Shown one piece after another: positions 17,368-25,643 of a stretch of 31,214 nucleotides of DNA. Position 1 is the first letter of the stretch; every line of letters begins with the position of its first letter. Where the stretch lies: the IMG/VR virus record IMGVR_UViG_3300048881_000429, positions 1 through 31,214 of that record. One strand, 5' to 3'. The stretch comes from a virus (lineage: Duplodnaviria > Caudoviricetes). A program made the translations under genes and the position numbers. Below the pieces are notes generated by a model. That model saw only the letters and a list, made by a program, of their open reading frames with translations. It made no database searches and was not told the origin of the DNA.

Positions 17368-18210
17368 TTAAATGAATTCTTTTGGTTCGCCAGCATCACC
17401 AAAGTTTTCACCTGGTGCGCGTGGCGGCTTTTCTTCTGTCAACTCTTGAACGGTATTTGTTAGGGTTTCAACCTGGGCCGTTAGTTTTTCAACTTCGGTT
17501 TGCTCTGGTTCTTCTGGGGTTTGTTCTTCCCCTTCTGGTGTTTGGCTGGCTGTGAATGATTCAGCCAGGGCAGTTACCGCACCCGTTACGCTTTCCAATG
17601 CTGCGGCTTGTGCCTGTGCCTGGTTTGCAAACATAGCTTCTAGTTTTTCAAATTGTTCTTTGGTCATTTCTTCGTCCTGGTTTATAGGTGCTGTTTTAAA
17701 TTCAGTTTGCTTTTCAGATGCAAGCCAGGATTTAAAGCGCTCAAATAGACCAGCGTCATTTTCACCAGGCATGGTAAATAGAAAGGGTTCGGGCTGTGTT
17801 AATACGGCGTTTGAATCTTGCGCGGAAAATTTAAGCTGGCTAGTGCCCAGGCTTGCTGGAGTATCGGTTAGGGCCAAGCCTTTTAAATAGGCTTTGCCTG
17901 TGTCGGCAAATTTTGGCTCTACTTCAATAGAGAAAAACAAACGCTGGCTATTGCGATTCATTTCAATTAATCGAAAATTAGGACTAAGACGGCCCAATAA
18001 TGTTGTTTTGCCATCTTTGCTTTTGCCTAACTTAACGTCTTGCACCAAACCAAAATTACCAAACCACTTTTCATGGTCCGCATTTATAACCGCTGTATAT
18101 AATTCTGGGTCGTACTGTTCGGCGATATCAATTAACCATTGCTCTTTTATTTCTCGGCCATCAACTGTGGCACCGGCTGTGGCTAAAACTAAAAAATTGG
18201 TTAAAAGCAT
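17368..18210 (-). CDS. Capsid scaffolding protein/protease (P2 gpO family)
   Basis: ATAGATVDGREI, Y.A.IN.DH, F.SIE..P.FA.TGKAYL.GLA.TD.PASLGT motifs. Confidence 0.95.
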   Translation of the reverse strand: MLLTNFLVLATAGATVDGREIKEQWLIDIAEQYDPELYTAVINADHEKWFGNFGLVQDVKLGKSKDGKTTLLGRLSPNFRLIEMNRNSQRLFFSIEVEPKFADTGKAYLKGLALTDTPASLGTSQLKFSAQDSNAVLTQPEPFLFTMPGENDAGLFERFKSWLASEKQTEFKTAPINQDEEMTKEQFEKLEAMFANQAQAQAAALESVTGAVTALAESFTASQTPEGEEQTPEEPEQTEVEKLTAQVETLTNTVQELTEEKPPRAPGENFGDAGEPKEFI

Positions 18211-18293
18211 TTATAAAAACCCCTGTTGGTTTTCGTTTCATATTTCAAGAACTGCACTTTCTACAAATTTAAAAGGGTTTTCAAAGCCTTTGT

Positions 18294-18336
18294 GTTGTGG
18301 TTTTTTGTTAATCAATCAGCCACAAAACCCCACAAC
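18294..18336. promoter_or_regulatory. Dyad between the divergent late operons; probable Ogr-family activator site
   Basis: GTTGTGGTTTTTTGTT ... CACAAAACCCCACAAC imperfect inverted repeat with TGT/ACA cores; TAGAAT -10-like hexamer at 18368-18373. Confidence 0.6.
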
Positions 18337-18380
18337 AAAAGCACCGTTTATTTTTAGTTTTGCTCTATAGAATGCGGTTT

Positions 18381-20174
18381 ATGGATTACAGCGAAGAAAT
18401 AAAAGACACCGTTAAAAAAATGGTAATACGCCAGGCTAGGGTTTCTGATATAGAAAGAGAAACCAAGGTGCCACGGCGTACCATTTATTCGTGGATAAAA
18501 AAACACAACTGGGACAACCTGGTAAAAACGGATGAAGTGCTAGACGCTTTAAACCGCCGCCTGGTTACGCTTATTAGAAAAGATGATTTAACCGAAAAAG
18601 ATTTAAACATTATTGACCGCTTGCAATCGGTACGGGAAAAAGAACTAAAACTAAGAAGCGCGGGCAGCGAACAAATCATTTTAGAAGGTGCCCACAAACG
18701 CCAGCAAGAACAGCCACTAGATAAAGACAAACTAGACCAAGGCAAAAAGAAAGCCCGCAAAGGCAAACGCGGGAAAAATGATTTTACCGGCATAACACCC
18801 GAACAGGTCGAAAAAAAGTTTTTAGAAGGTTTGTTTGGCTACCAGGTACAAGCCTGGAAAACCCGCCACAAACGCAACCGCTTTATTTTAAAAAGCCGTC
18901 AAATAGGCTGGACCTTTTACAGTGCCCGCGAAGCCTTCGCTGACGCATTAATGACCGGCACCAACCAGGCATTTTTATCTGCCAGTAAAGCCCAGGCCCG
19001 ACTATTCAAAACTTACATCACATCATTTGCCCAGGATTGGTTTGATGTTGAATTAAAAGGCGGCGAACAGATCACCATTCGCACCGACCATGGTGACGCC
19101 ACATTATATTTTTTAAGCACCAATTCCAGCACGGCCCAGGGGCCAAGCGGCAATTTATATATAGATGAATGTTTTTGGATTAAGGACTTTGAAAAACTGC
19201 AAAGCCTAGCGGGCGGCATTGCATCCCAAAAACAATATAGAAAAACGTATTTTTCAACACCCAGCACAAAAAGCCATGGGGCGTATCAATTATGGTCTGG
19301 CGAACAATACAAAAAAATACAAAAGAAACGGCCCAACTTTAAACCGTTTAAAATGCCCACGGCCAAGCAACTTAAAAAAGGCGTGGATTGTGTAGACGGT
19401 ATTTATAGGCAAATCATAACCATACATGATGCCCTGGGCGGCGGTGCCACGTTCTTTAATATTGAACAATTAGAATTAGAAAACGACCCCGACACATTTG
19501 CCCAGCTTTATGAATGTAAATTTATAGACGATACAAACAGCGCGTTTGTATTAGATGAATTATTAGCGTGTGGCATTCCGGACGCACGCTGGCCCGACTT
19601 TGACCCAAGCCAGGCGCGACCATTTGGCAACCGTGACGTGTGGATTGGTTACGACCCTGCCCGCTTGCAAGATTGCGCGGCTATTACCGTTTTGGCCCCA
19701 CCGTCTAAACCTGGTGGCAAATTTCGCGTATTAGAAAAAATTGTTTTATACAAAGAAAGCTGGGCATTCCAGGCACAAACGCTTAAAGCCCTTAATGATA
19801 AATACAACATCACATACATGGGCATAGATATAACCGGACCAGGCCACGCCGTATTTGAAGAAGTGAGCACCACATTCTATAAAGCGGCTACGCCGATTCG
19901 ATATAACAACGAATCTAAAACCACCATGGTTTTAAAAGCCCAGGATATTATTAGCAAAAAACGCATTGTTTGGGATGAAGCCCACACAGACATACCCATT
20001 GCCTTTTTGGCCATTGGTAGAAAAGGCACGGCCAATGGCATTAGTTATGTGGCCAAGCGTGACGCCAACGTTGGCCACGCGGATGTGGCCTGGTCGATCA
20101 TGCACGCGCTAATACATGAAGGGCTAACCACGAATAGCAAACATACAAGCACATACGATTTAGGGGACGATTAA
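18381..20174 (+). CDS. Terminase large (ATPase) subunit (P2 gpP family)
   Basis: N-terminal HTH, ILKSRQIGWT Walker A, LYIDE Walker B, FSTPS, IGYDPAR, HADVAWS motifs. Start is 18381 or 18372. Confidence 0.95.
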   Translation: MDYSEEIKDTVKKMVIRQARVSDIERETKVPRRTIYSWIKKHNWDNLVKTDEVLDALNRRLVTLIRKDDLTEKDLNIIDRLQSVREKELKLRSAGSEQIILEGAHKRQQEQPLDKDKLDQGKKKARKGKRGKNDFTGITPEQVEKKFLEGLFGYQVQAWKTRHKRNRFILKSRQIGWTFYSAREAFADALMTGTNQAFLSASKAQARLFKTYITSFAQDWFDVELKGGEQITIRTDHGDATLYFLSTNSSTAQGPSGNLYIDECFWIKDFEKLQSLAGGIASQKQYRKTYFSTPSTKSHGAYQLWSGEQYKKIQKKRPNFKPFKMPTAKQLKKGVDCVDGIYRQIITIHDALGGGATFFNIEQLELENDPDTFAQLYECKFIDDTNSAFVLDELLACGIPDARWPDFDPSQARPFGNRDVWIGYDPARLQDCAAITVLAPPSKPGGKFRVLEKIVLYKESWAFQAQTLKALNDKYNITYMGIDITGPGHAVFEEVSTTFYKAATPIRYNNESKTTMVLKAQDIISKKRIVWDEAHTDIPIAFLAIGRKGTANGISYVAKRDANVGHADVAWSIMHALIHEGLTTNSKHTSTYDLGDD

Positions 20175-20176
20175 AA

Positions 20177-21193
20177 ATGGCAAAACGCAAAGGCAACAAA
20201 AACAAAGTGACTGACAATAAAGCCGTGGGCGCAAAAGGAGCCACGTTTGACTTTACCTTTGACCCTGACCCCATAGCCGTTTCTAATATTTCTGAAATCT
20301 TAAACGTAACATATGACCCCCACAACAAAGTGTATACACCACCTTTGGCCCTTGGTGGCCTGGACACACTAACCAGGGCTAATGGTATTCACCGCCGCTG
20401 CTTAAACTTTAAATCAAACCAAATGGCCATTTGTTTTCAGCCTAACCCTATTGTTTCGTTGCGTGAATTTCGCCGTGCATCGTTTGAACTAGAAGCCTTT
20501 GGCATGTGCTATTTTGAAAAAGTGTTTACCCGCGCCGGTACAATTTCACGCCTAATACATTTGCCCGCCATTAATATGCGCCGCACCAAACAAGGCGGGT
20601 TTAAATTACTGGTTAAAAATGGGGATGACATCGAATACCAGGCGCACGAAATTTTAATGGCCAGCCACTACGACACAGGCCAAAGCATTTATGGTGTGCC
20701 GCAATGGATTGGCTCAATGCAAGATGTGTTTTTAAATTCGGAAGCCACGCTTTTTAGACGCCGCTATTATAAAAACGGTTCCCACCTGGGTTACATTCTT
20801 TACACCAATGACCCCAATATTGACCCCGCTGTTGAAGCAGCCTTAAGAGATAAAGTGGCCGCAGGCAAAGGGGCGGGTAATTTCAAAAGTGCATATATAA
20901 ACATTCCAAACGGTTCAAAAGATGGCGTGCAAATTATCCCTATTGGCGATATTTCCCAAAAGGATGAATTTGAGAAAATCAAAAACATTTCCGCCAATGA
21001 CATGGTGATTGGCCACGGCGTGCCCGCCCAACTGGCCGCCATGGCCCCAGGCGTAACCGGCGGTTATGGCAACATAGAAACAGAAGCCGCATGGTTTAGA
21101 AAAAGCGAAGTGGCCGCCCTGGTGCAACCACTTGAAGAACTAAACGAGTTTTTACCCGCCAATAAACATTTTAAATTTGACCTAAAAAAATAA
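20177..21193 (+). CDS. Portal protein (PBSX / P2 gpQ family)
   Basis: Q.IYGVP, LNSEATLFRRRYYKNGSHLGYILY, G.GNFK, KDEF.KIKNIS motifs. Confidence 0.95.
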   Translation: MAKRKGNKNKVTDNKAVGAKGATFDFTFDPDPIAVSNISEILNVTYDPHNKVYTPPLALGGLDTLTRANGIHRRCLNFKSNQMAICFQPNPIVSLREFRRASFELEAFGMCYFEKVFTRAGTISRLIHLPAINMRRTKQGGFKLLVKNGDDIEYQAHEILMASHYDTGQSIYGVPQWIGSMQDVFLNSEATLFRRRYYKNGSHLGYILYTNDPNIDPAVEAALRDKVAAGKGAGNFKSAYINIPNGSKDGVQIIPIGDISQKDEFEKIKNISANDMVIGHGVPAQLAAMAPGVTGGYGNIETEAAWFRKSEVAALVQPLEELNEFLPANKHFKFDLKK

Positions 21194-21289
21194 ATAAATA
21201 TAAAACGTCAATTGGCACCATAGCAATTGGCTATAACATTTGGACAATGTAAAATGACTGGAAATAAAAAAAGGCTTAGGCGGGAAAAC

Positions 21290-21544
21290 ATGGCTAAAAT
21301 TTTATGCCCACATTGTGAAAAACCTGTAAAAATTCGCACCAGTGGCCAAACCACCAAAACCATTCGAGAAGTAAGAACAGATTGTGTAAATGAATCATGT
21401 TTGGCCCGCCCTGTTTATACACTAAGTTTTAGTCATGATTCGCAACCACCACTATCACAGCTTAAAAGCCCTAGTGATTACATCAAAACCTTTCTTGACA
21501 CATTATGTGATGAAGAAAAACAAAAGGTTTTAGATAGCCTTTAA
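21290..21544 (+). CDS. ogr: Ogr/Delta-like zinc-finger late activator
   Basis: CPHC...IRTS...C.N..C and LSFSH motifs; start placed at MAKILCPHC. Confidence 0.85.
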   Translation: MAKILCPHCEKPVKIRTSGQTTKTIREVRTDCVNESCLARPVYTLSFSHDSQPPLSQLKSPSDYIKTFLDTLCDEEKQKVLDSL

Positions 21545-21567
21545 AACCCAGCCTTTAACACCGCCAT

Positions 21568-21608
21568 AAAAAAAGCCCTCCAGGTTCACACCAAGCGGGC
21601 TTTTTTTT
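21568..21608. terminator. Bidirectional intrinsic terminator between convergent ogr and the 60-aa ORF
   Basis: AAAAAAAGCCC...GGGCTTTTTTTT. Confidence 0.75.
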
Positions 21609-21617
21609 GAATAACTA

Positions 21618-21800
21618 TTATGCGGCAACCTTATCTAACCTCTCGCTAATATCTTGCAGTAAATCTACCAACCCTGCTTTGTCATCCTCATTTAATATTA
21701 AGTCCCCCTGCTGTGAAAAAAGGGCCGCTAATAAACCTAGTTTGCGCACTGTTTGTGCTGCCTGTTCCTGTGTTGCCATATCCGTTAACTCCGTGGGCAT
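21618..21800 (-). CDS. Hypothetical 60-aa helical protein
   Basis: ORF divergent from the XRE gene and ending just before a terminator. Confidence 0.6.
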   Translation of the reverse strand: MPTELTDMATQEQAAQTVRKLGLLAALFSQQGDLILNEDDKAGLVDLLQDISERLDKVAA

Positions 21801-21870
21801 TGTTATTTGTAAACCTTATCTAAGGCGATTTAAGACTATAGAACTGGTTCTCACTATTCAAACCAGAAAA

Positions 21871-21925
21871 GGGCGTTGAACGCCCCTTAATAGAATGTTT
21901 GATTATTAGGGGCGAATTACGCCCC
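21871..21925. promoter_or_regulatory. Two palindromic operators GGGCG-N5-CGCCC
   Basis: GGGCG-TTGAA-CGCCC (21871-21885) and GGGGCG-AATTA-CGCCCC (21909-21925) in an AT-rich divergent intergenic region. Confidence 0.7.
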
Positions 21926-21967
21926 ATGTGTACTAGCATTAAATGACTAATGCATTGGGATTATTTT

Positions 21968-22393
21968 ATGTGTGCAAAAAAAACTAACCCCGACAAAGCA
22001 GAACTAAAAAACACCATTGGCCCCAACCTAACCAGGCTGATTAAAAACAGTGATTACAGCGCCAAACAACTGGCCGAAATTATTGGTGTGGATTATAGAA
22101 ATTTTAATAGATGGAAAAGCAGCAAGGCCGCCGACCCAATACCGCCCAGCGAACATTTACCAAAATTGTGCAAGCTCTTAAATTGCAGCATTGACGATGT
22201 GTTTGATTTTGACCCGCAATTTACCCCGCAAACCTCAGAAGAAAGGCAACTTTTAATGGTGGCCAGAAACGCAAACCCTAATTTGCCCAGGCATCAAATT
22301 ATTAATGCCATATCAATTAGCCTGGGGGGCATGAAAGCCGAATATAGAAAAGTGTGGTTAAACCTGGGGCGAATACTGGGGGAACTAAAATAA
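21968..22393 (+). CDS. XRE-family helix-turn-helix regulator
   Basis: SAKQLAEIIGVDYRNFNRW...P...L.KLCKLLNCSIDDV. Start is 21950 or 21968. Confidence 0.85.
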   Translation: MCAKKTNPDKAELKNTIGPNLTRLIKNSDYSAKQLAEIIGVDYRNFNRWKSSKAADPIPPSEHLPKLCKLLNCSIDDVFDFDPQFTPQTSEERQLLMVARNANPNLPRHQIINAISISLGGMKAEYRKVWLNLGRILGELK

Positions 22394-22420
22394 AAAAGCC
22401 CAGGAGTTTAAACCTGGGCT
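22392..22420. terminator. Intrinsic terminator ending the early operon (convergent with the XRE gene)
   Basis: AAAAAAGCCCAGG-N8-CCTGGGCT, giving a U-tract on the minus strand. Confidence 0.8.
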
Positions 22421-22426
22421 GTTTGT

Positions 22427-22801
22427 TTATCGCTGGGGCTGGTTGGTGTTTTCACTGTCCCAGTATTCTTTTTGCTCGTAAATACCTGGTTTAAGTGGTT
22501 TTACATAAATGGTGCGTTTTACATAAGGCCCACTTTCACCCTGCCATTTTATCATTTCACCAATAGGCCACCATTTTGGTTTCATCTTTGGTGTGCCATC
22601 TGGGTTAACCAATAACTGGCCCTGTTCGTTTTTAGCCTGGTATTCATCCACCACACCTAGAATGCGGCCTTTATCTAATGGTTGTGATTTACCGCCATAC
22701 TGTGGGGCAGGTTGTTGTGGTGCTTGGCTGTATGCTGGGGCTTGCTGCGGGGCCTGGGCATATTGTGGCTGGGCTGGTGCTTGGTTGTTTTGATTTTGCA
22801 T
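22427..22801 (-). CDS. Hypothetical protein with Gln/Pro/Ala-rich N-terminus
   Basis: AAGGA upstream; QAP repeats followed by an aromatic/basic beta-type domain. Confidence 0.75.
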   Translation of the reverse strand: MQNQNNQAPAQPQYAQAPQQAPAYSQAPQQPAPQYGGKSQPLDKGRILGVVDEYQAKNEQGQLLVNPDGTPKMKPKWWPIGEMIKWQGESGPYVKRTIYVKPLKPGIYEQKEYWDSENTNQPQR

Positions 22802-22875
22802 TTTATGTTTTCCTTTTTTGTTGTTTTTAAACTTTATAACACGTTAATAATGGGGCTATGCCGCCCCGTGTGGGG

Positions 22876-23061
22876 TTATTCTGCTGGCCTAATATTGTCG
22901 TCTGCCAATAAATCTTTCACTGTTGCTAATACTTGTTTTATTTTTTGTTGATCATAGGAATAAACCCCCTCGCTTAAATCTGTCACATTACTTTTGGTTT
23001 CATTTAGTGCGTTATAAATACCCACTAAATAATTAATTCTCTTTTGTTTTTTACTTGCCAT
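22876..23061 (-). CDS. Hypothetical protein (61 aa)
   Basis: Overlaps the upstream ORF in the tightly packed early operon; AAAGG upstream. Confidence 0.6.
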   Translation of the reverse strand: MASKKQKRINYLVGIYNALNETKSNVTDLSEGVYSYDQQKIKQVLATVKDLLADDNIRPAE

Positions 23062-23233
23062 TTTTAGTGCCTTTAAAATAAATTTCTAAATGGGGTTTTA
23101 GTTGCTGCCAGATTTTACGATCAATTAAAATGGATTGTGAAAGCTGTTGTATTAATACCTGGTCTTGGTTCTCTAACCCATAGTGAACAATGGTTTGTTC
23201 ATCATCCTGGGTTATTACTGTGGCGGGCTTCAT
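23051..23233 (-). CDS. Hypothetical protein (60 aa)
   Basis: ATGA-coupled to the upstream ORF; GAGG upstream. Confidence 0.6.
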   Translation of the reverse strand: MKPATVITQDDEQTIVHYGLENQDQVLIQQLSQSILIDRKIWQQLKPHLEIYFKGTKNGK

Positions 23234-23421
23234 GTTTTGCCCTCACTTTCAAAACCCAAACGGCTTAACCGCTTTTTTTGGCTGGTTTGATAGCCGTTAT
23301 CTAACTGGGTTATTTGGCCATGGTCTAACATAGTGATTTTCCCACCTTTGGCCAAAAAGGTTTTTGTGTCCTGGTTTAAATCGTTTCTTAATTTTTCATG
23401 TGATTTTAATGGCGTTTGCAT
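23230..23421 (-). CDS. Small protein with SutA-like FL.KGGKI motif
   Basis: AGGAG-N8-ATG at 23421; sequence LNQDTKTFLAKGGKITML. Confidence 0.6.
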   Translation of the reverse strand: MQTPLKSHEKLRNDLNQDTKTFLAKGGKITMLDHGQITQLDNGYQTSQKKRLSRLGFESEGKT

Positions 23422-23432
23422 TTTTATTACTC

Positions 23433-24353
23433 CTAAGCGGTTTTTAATAATGAATAAGTTTTTGTGTCTGGGCACTGGCTCACTATGTTGGCCGCTTCCA
23501 GTTCATTAAATGCGGTTTTAATAAGTGGATTTGATTTAATGCCGGTTTCTCTCATTACTTGGCGCACCCCTGGTGTTTCGCCAAAATCCCCCGCGCTTAT
23601 GCGTTTTTTTATTACCGCTATTTTTTGCGCCATATCTTGTTTTTTGTTTTGGGGTTTTTCTATTGCTTCTTTTTTTGGTGTTTCAATTTTTGAAACGGCT
23701 TTTGTTTTTAAATCACGTTTATTTTGTGGCGTTACCGTTATGGCAAAACAAAGCAATGGGCATAAGTCCACCAACACCGCTATGGCATACCAAAGCCCCC
23801 AACGACTTTGGCCGCTAAATTCAGCCAGGGTCGCGCCACTGGTTTTGGCTTGTGGTTGTATTATTAAAAGCTTTTCGCTTGCTTGCTGGGCCATTTTGGT
23901 GGCTTGCTGGGCTTGGGTTAGTAGCCAGCCTTTGTCCGCGCTTTTATCAGCCGACTTAGACGCCAACCTTAATGCCTTGGCCTGGTCTTGATACTCCAAC
24001 ACCAAAGCCGCTTGGCTTTCATATTCACTGCTATTTTTTAGCGCGCTTTCTTGCTGGCCACTAAAGCGGCTTTCAAAAAAACTGGCTGTGCCTGAAACAC
24101 TAATAAAAAATAAAACAGCAATGACACAAAATAAAACCATGCTGTTTACTATTTTATATTCACGCCAGGCATTCACCGCAAACGCTACAAATCCAAATTG
24201 GCAGCCCACTAATGCACCAGCGGTAATACCGGCCAGGGTTTTATCAAACACCGTTTGGCCGTAATCCATAAACAACATGACTTCACACACAATAGATACC
24301 AGGGCCAATACCAGCCCCAATATTAATATGATGGTTTTATTATTCGGTTTCAT
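23433..24353 (-). CDS. Membrane protein with coiled coil and C-terminal winged-HTH-like domain
   Basis: Three N-terminal hydrophobic helices, Q/A/K-rich helix, a fourth hydrophobic helix, then PGVRQVMRETGI...IKTAFNELEAANIV. Start placed at the ATGA overlap (24353). Confidence 0.7.
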   Translation of the reverse strand: MKPNNKTIILILGLVLALVSIVCEVMLFMDYGQTVFDKTLAGITAGALVGCQFGFVAFAVNAWREYKIVNSMVLFCVIAVLFFISVSGTASFFESRFSGQQESALKNSSEYESQAALVLEYQDQAKALRLASKSADKSADKGWLLTQAQQATKMAQQASEKLLIIQPQAKTSGATLAEFSGQSRWGLWYAIAVLVDLCPLLCFAITVTPQNKRDLKTKAVSKIETPKKEAIEKPQNKKQDMAQKIAVIKKRISAGDFGETPGVRQVMRETGIKSNPLIKTAFNELEAANIVSQCPDTKTYSLLKTA

Positions 24354-24577
24354 GCCTGGCCCCCTTGTGCCATTTTTTGGCTTAGTTCGCTGTAAGGTGC
24401 ATACAAAACACACTGGGCATGGTCGGGCGTGGTTTTCTGGGCCACGATCATGGCCGCCCTATACACCATTTGTTCCAATGCTTGCACCACTTCAACTTGG
24501 CTGGCGCACTCCATTTGTTTTATAAATATCCCCAGGCTTTCATCTATTACCGCCCCGTGGTGGTTTGACGCAATCAT
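24350..24577 (-). CDS. Hypothetical protein (75 aa)
   Basis: 4-nt overlaps with both neighbours; AGGGG upstream. Confidence 0.6.
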   Translation of the reverse strand: MIASNHHGAVIDESLGIFIKQMECASQVEVVQALEQMVYRAAMIVAQKTTPDHAQCVLYAPYSELSQKMAQGGQA

Positions 24578-24708
24578 TGCGGCCCCCTTATTTCATTTAG
24601 TAATTTTTTGATTTTTGTTTTAAAATTGCTTTCGGTTCTCATGGTTAAAACTTTTTCTAAAATTATTTGTTCACTGCGTTGGTGGCGTTTAAATTGGTTA
24701 ATGTTCAT
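24574..24708 (-). CDS. Hypothetical basic protein (44 aa; 64 aa if started at 24768)
   Basis: AAAGGA-ACC-ATG at 24708; stop overlaps the next start. Confidence 0.5.
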   Translation of the reverse strand: MNINQFKRHQRSEQIILEKVLTMRTESNFKTKIKKLLNEIRGPQ

Positions 24709-24764
24709 GGTTCCTTTAAAACCCAGGTTGTTGGCGCAACCTGGGTTTTTTATTGCCTGGCTGT

Positions 24765-25142
24765 TCATCCTTTACCCCCTAATAAATCTAATTGGTTTAA
24801 ATCCTTTTTAATTTTCAAGCTGTCATCTATTGCCACATTAATTGGGGCCAATAATTTTGCGGCTTTTAAACCCAATGGGGTTAGGGTTAATAAGCGGCGG
24901 CGGCCATCATCTGTGCATTTGTCTATGCGGATTAAGCCAAAACAGCGGCGGCCCCTTTGCCCTTCGGCTAATGTTTGGGTGTTAAACCAGGTGGTGTTTA
25001 AGTCCAGGTCTAAACGGTCGGCGGCTTCGCCAATGGCCACACCTGGGTTTTCGGCCACTTCACAAATAATGCGTTGCTGTATGCCGGTTAACTCTGGCCA
25101 AGCCTGGGCAAATTCATCTAACAAGGTTCTAACTTTAATCAT
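24765..25142 (-). CDS. MarR-like winged-helix DNA-binding protein
   Basis: NPGVAIGEAADRL and GLIRI....DDGRRRLLTLTPLG motifs. Confidence 0.75.
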   Translation of the reverse strand: MIKVRTLLDEFAQAWPELTGIQQRIICEVAENPGVAIGEAADRLDLDLNTTWFNTQTLAEGQRGRRCFGLIRIDKCTDDGRRRLLTLTPLGLKAAKLLAPINVAIDDSLKIKKDLNQLDLLGGKG

Positions 25143-25327
25143 GGGGTTTGCTCCTGGTTATCTAACTGGGTTTGTAACTCGTATAAACCGTGCATCATTT
25201 GCGCGGCTTCTTCTGGGTTCGTGGATAGTTCAAGGGCTTCTGTTCGAGTAAAGCGCTTGGCCATTACTGCCAGTGCTTTGGCTTCTAATGGCTCAAGCTG
25301 TAATGTTATTTTCTGCATGGTCTGCAC
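25139..25327 (-). CDS. Hypothetical protein (62 aa)
   Basis: AGGAG upstream; overlaps both neighbours. Confidence 0.65.
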   Translation of the reverse strand: MQTMQKITLQLEPLEAKALAVMAKRFTRTEALELSTNPEEAAQMMHGLYELQTQLDNQEQTP

Positions 25328-25613
25328 TCCTGGCGGGGGCTAATTCCAAAATGATTAGGGCGTTATTAATGGCGGTATGCTGGTTACTATCCAGGTGGGC
25401 CAATTTGCTTAAATACACACGTCTAATTTCCAGCGGCCAGGTTAAAATTTGCAGGGCTTTAGCCTTGTGAAACGCGCCCCGCAATTCATGCCTGGCACCT
25501 GGGGTTTTCATGCTGGCTATGATCTTTTCACGGTCGCTCACGCTGCAATTACAAAGGTATTTGGCTAAATTCTGCTTTTTGCGGCTATTGGTTGTTATGT
25601 GTGCAATTTTCAT
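25293..25613 (-). CDS. Hypothetical protein (106 aa)
   Basis: First ORF after the iteron region, in operon orientation. Confidence 0.6.
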   Translation of the reverse strand: MKIAHITTNSRKKQNLAKYLCNCSVSDREKIIASMKTPGARHELRGAFHKAKALQILTWPLEIRRVYLSKLAHLDSNQHTAINNALIILELAPARSADHAENNITA

Positions 25614-25643
25614 TTTTTTATATCTCTTTTTGTCTCATGCTGC

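Noticed and set aside
753-18370. Many plus-strand ORFs of 60-160 aa opposite the structural genes
   Set aside because: They overlap confidently assigned genes on the other strand and lack translation signals or motifs.
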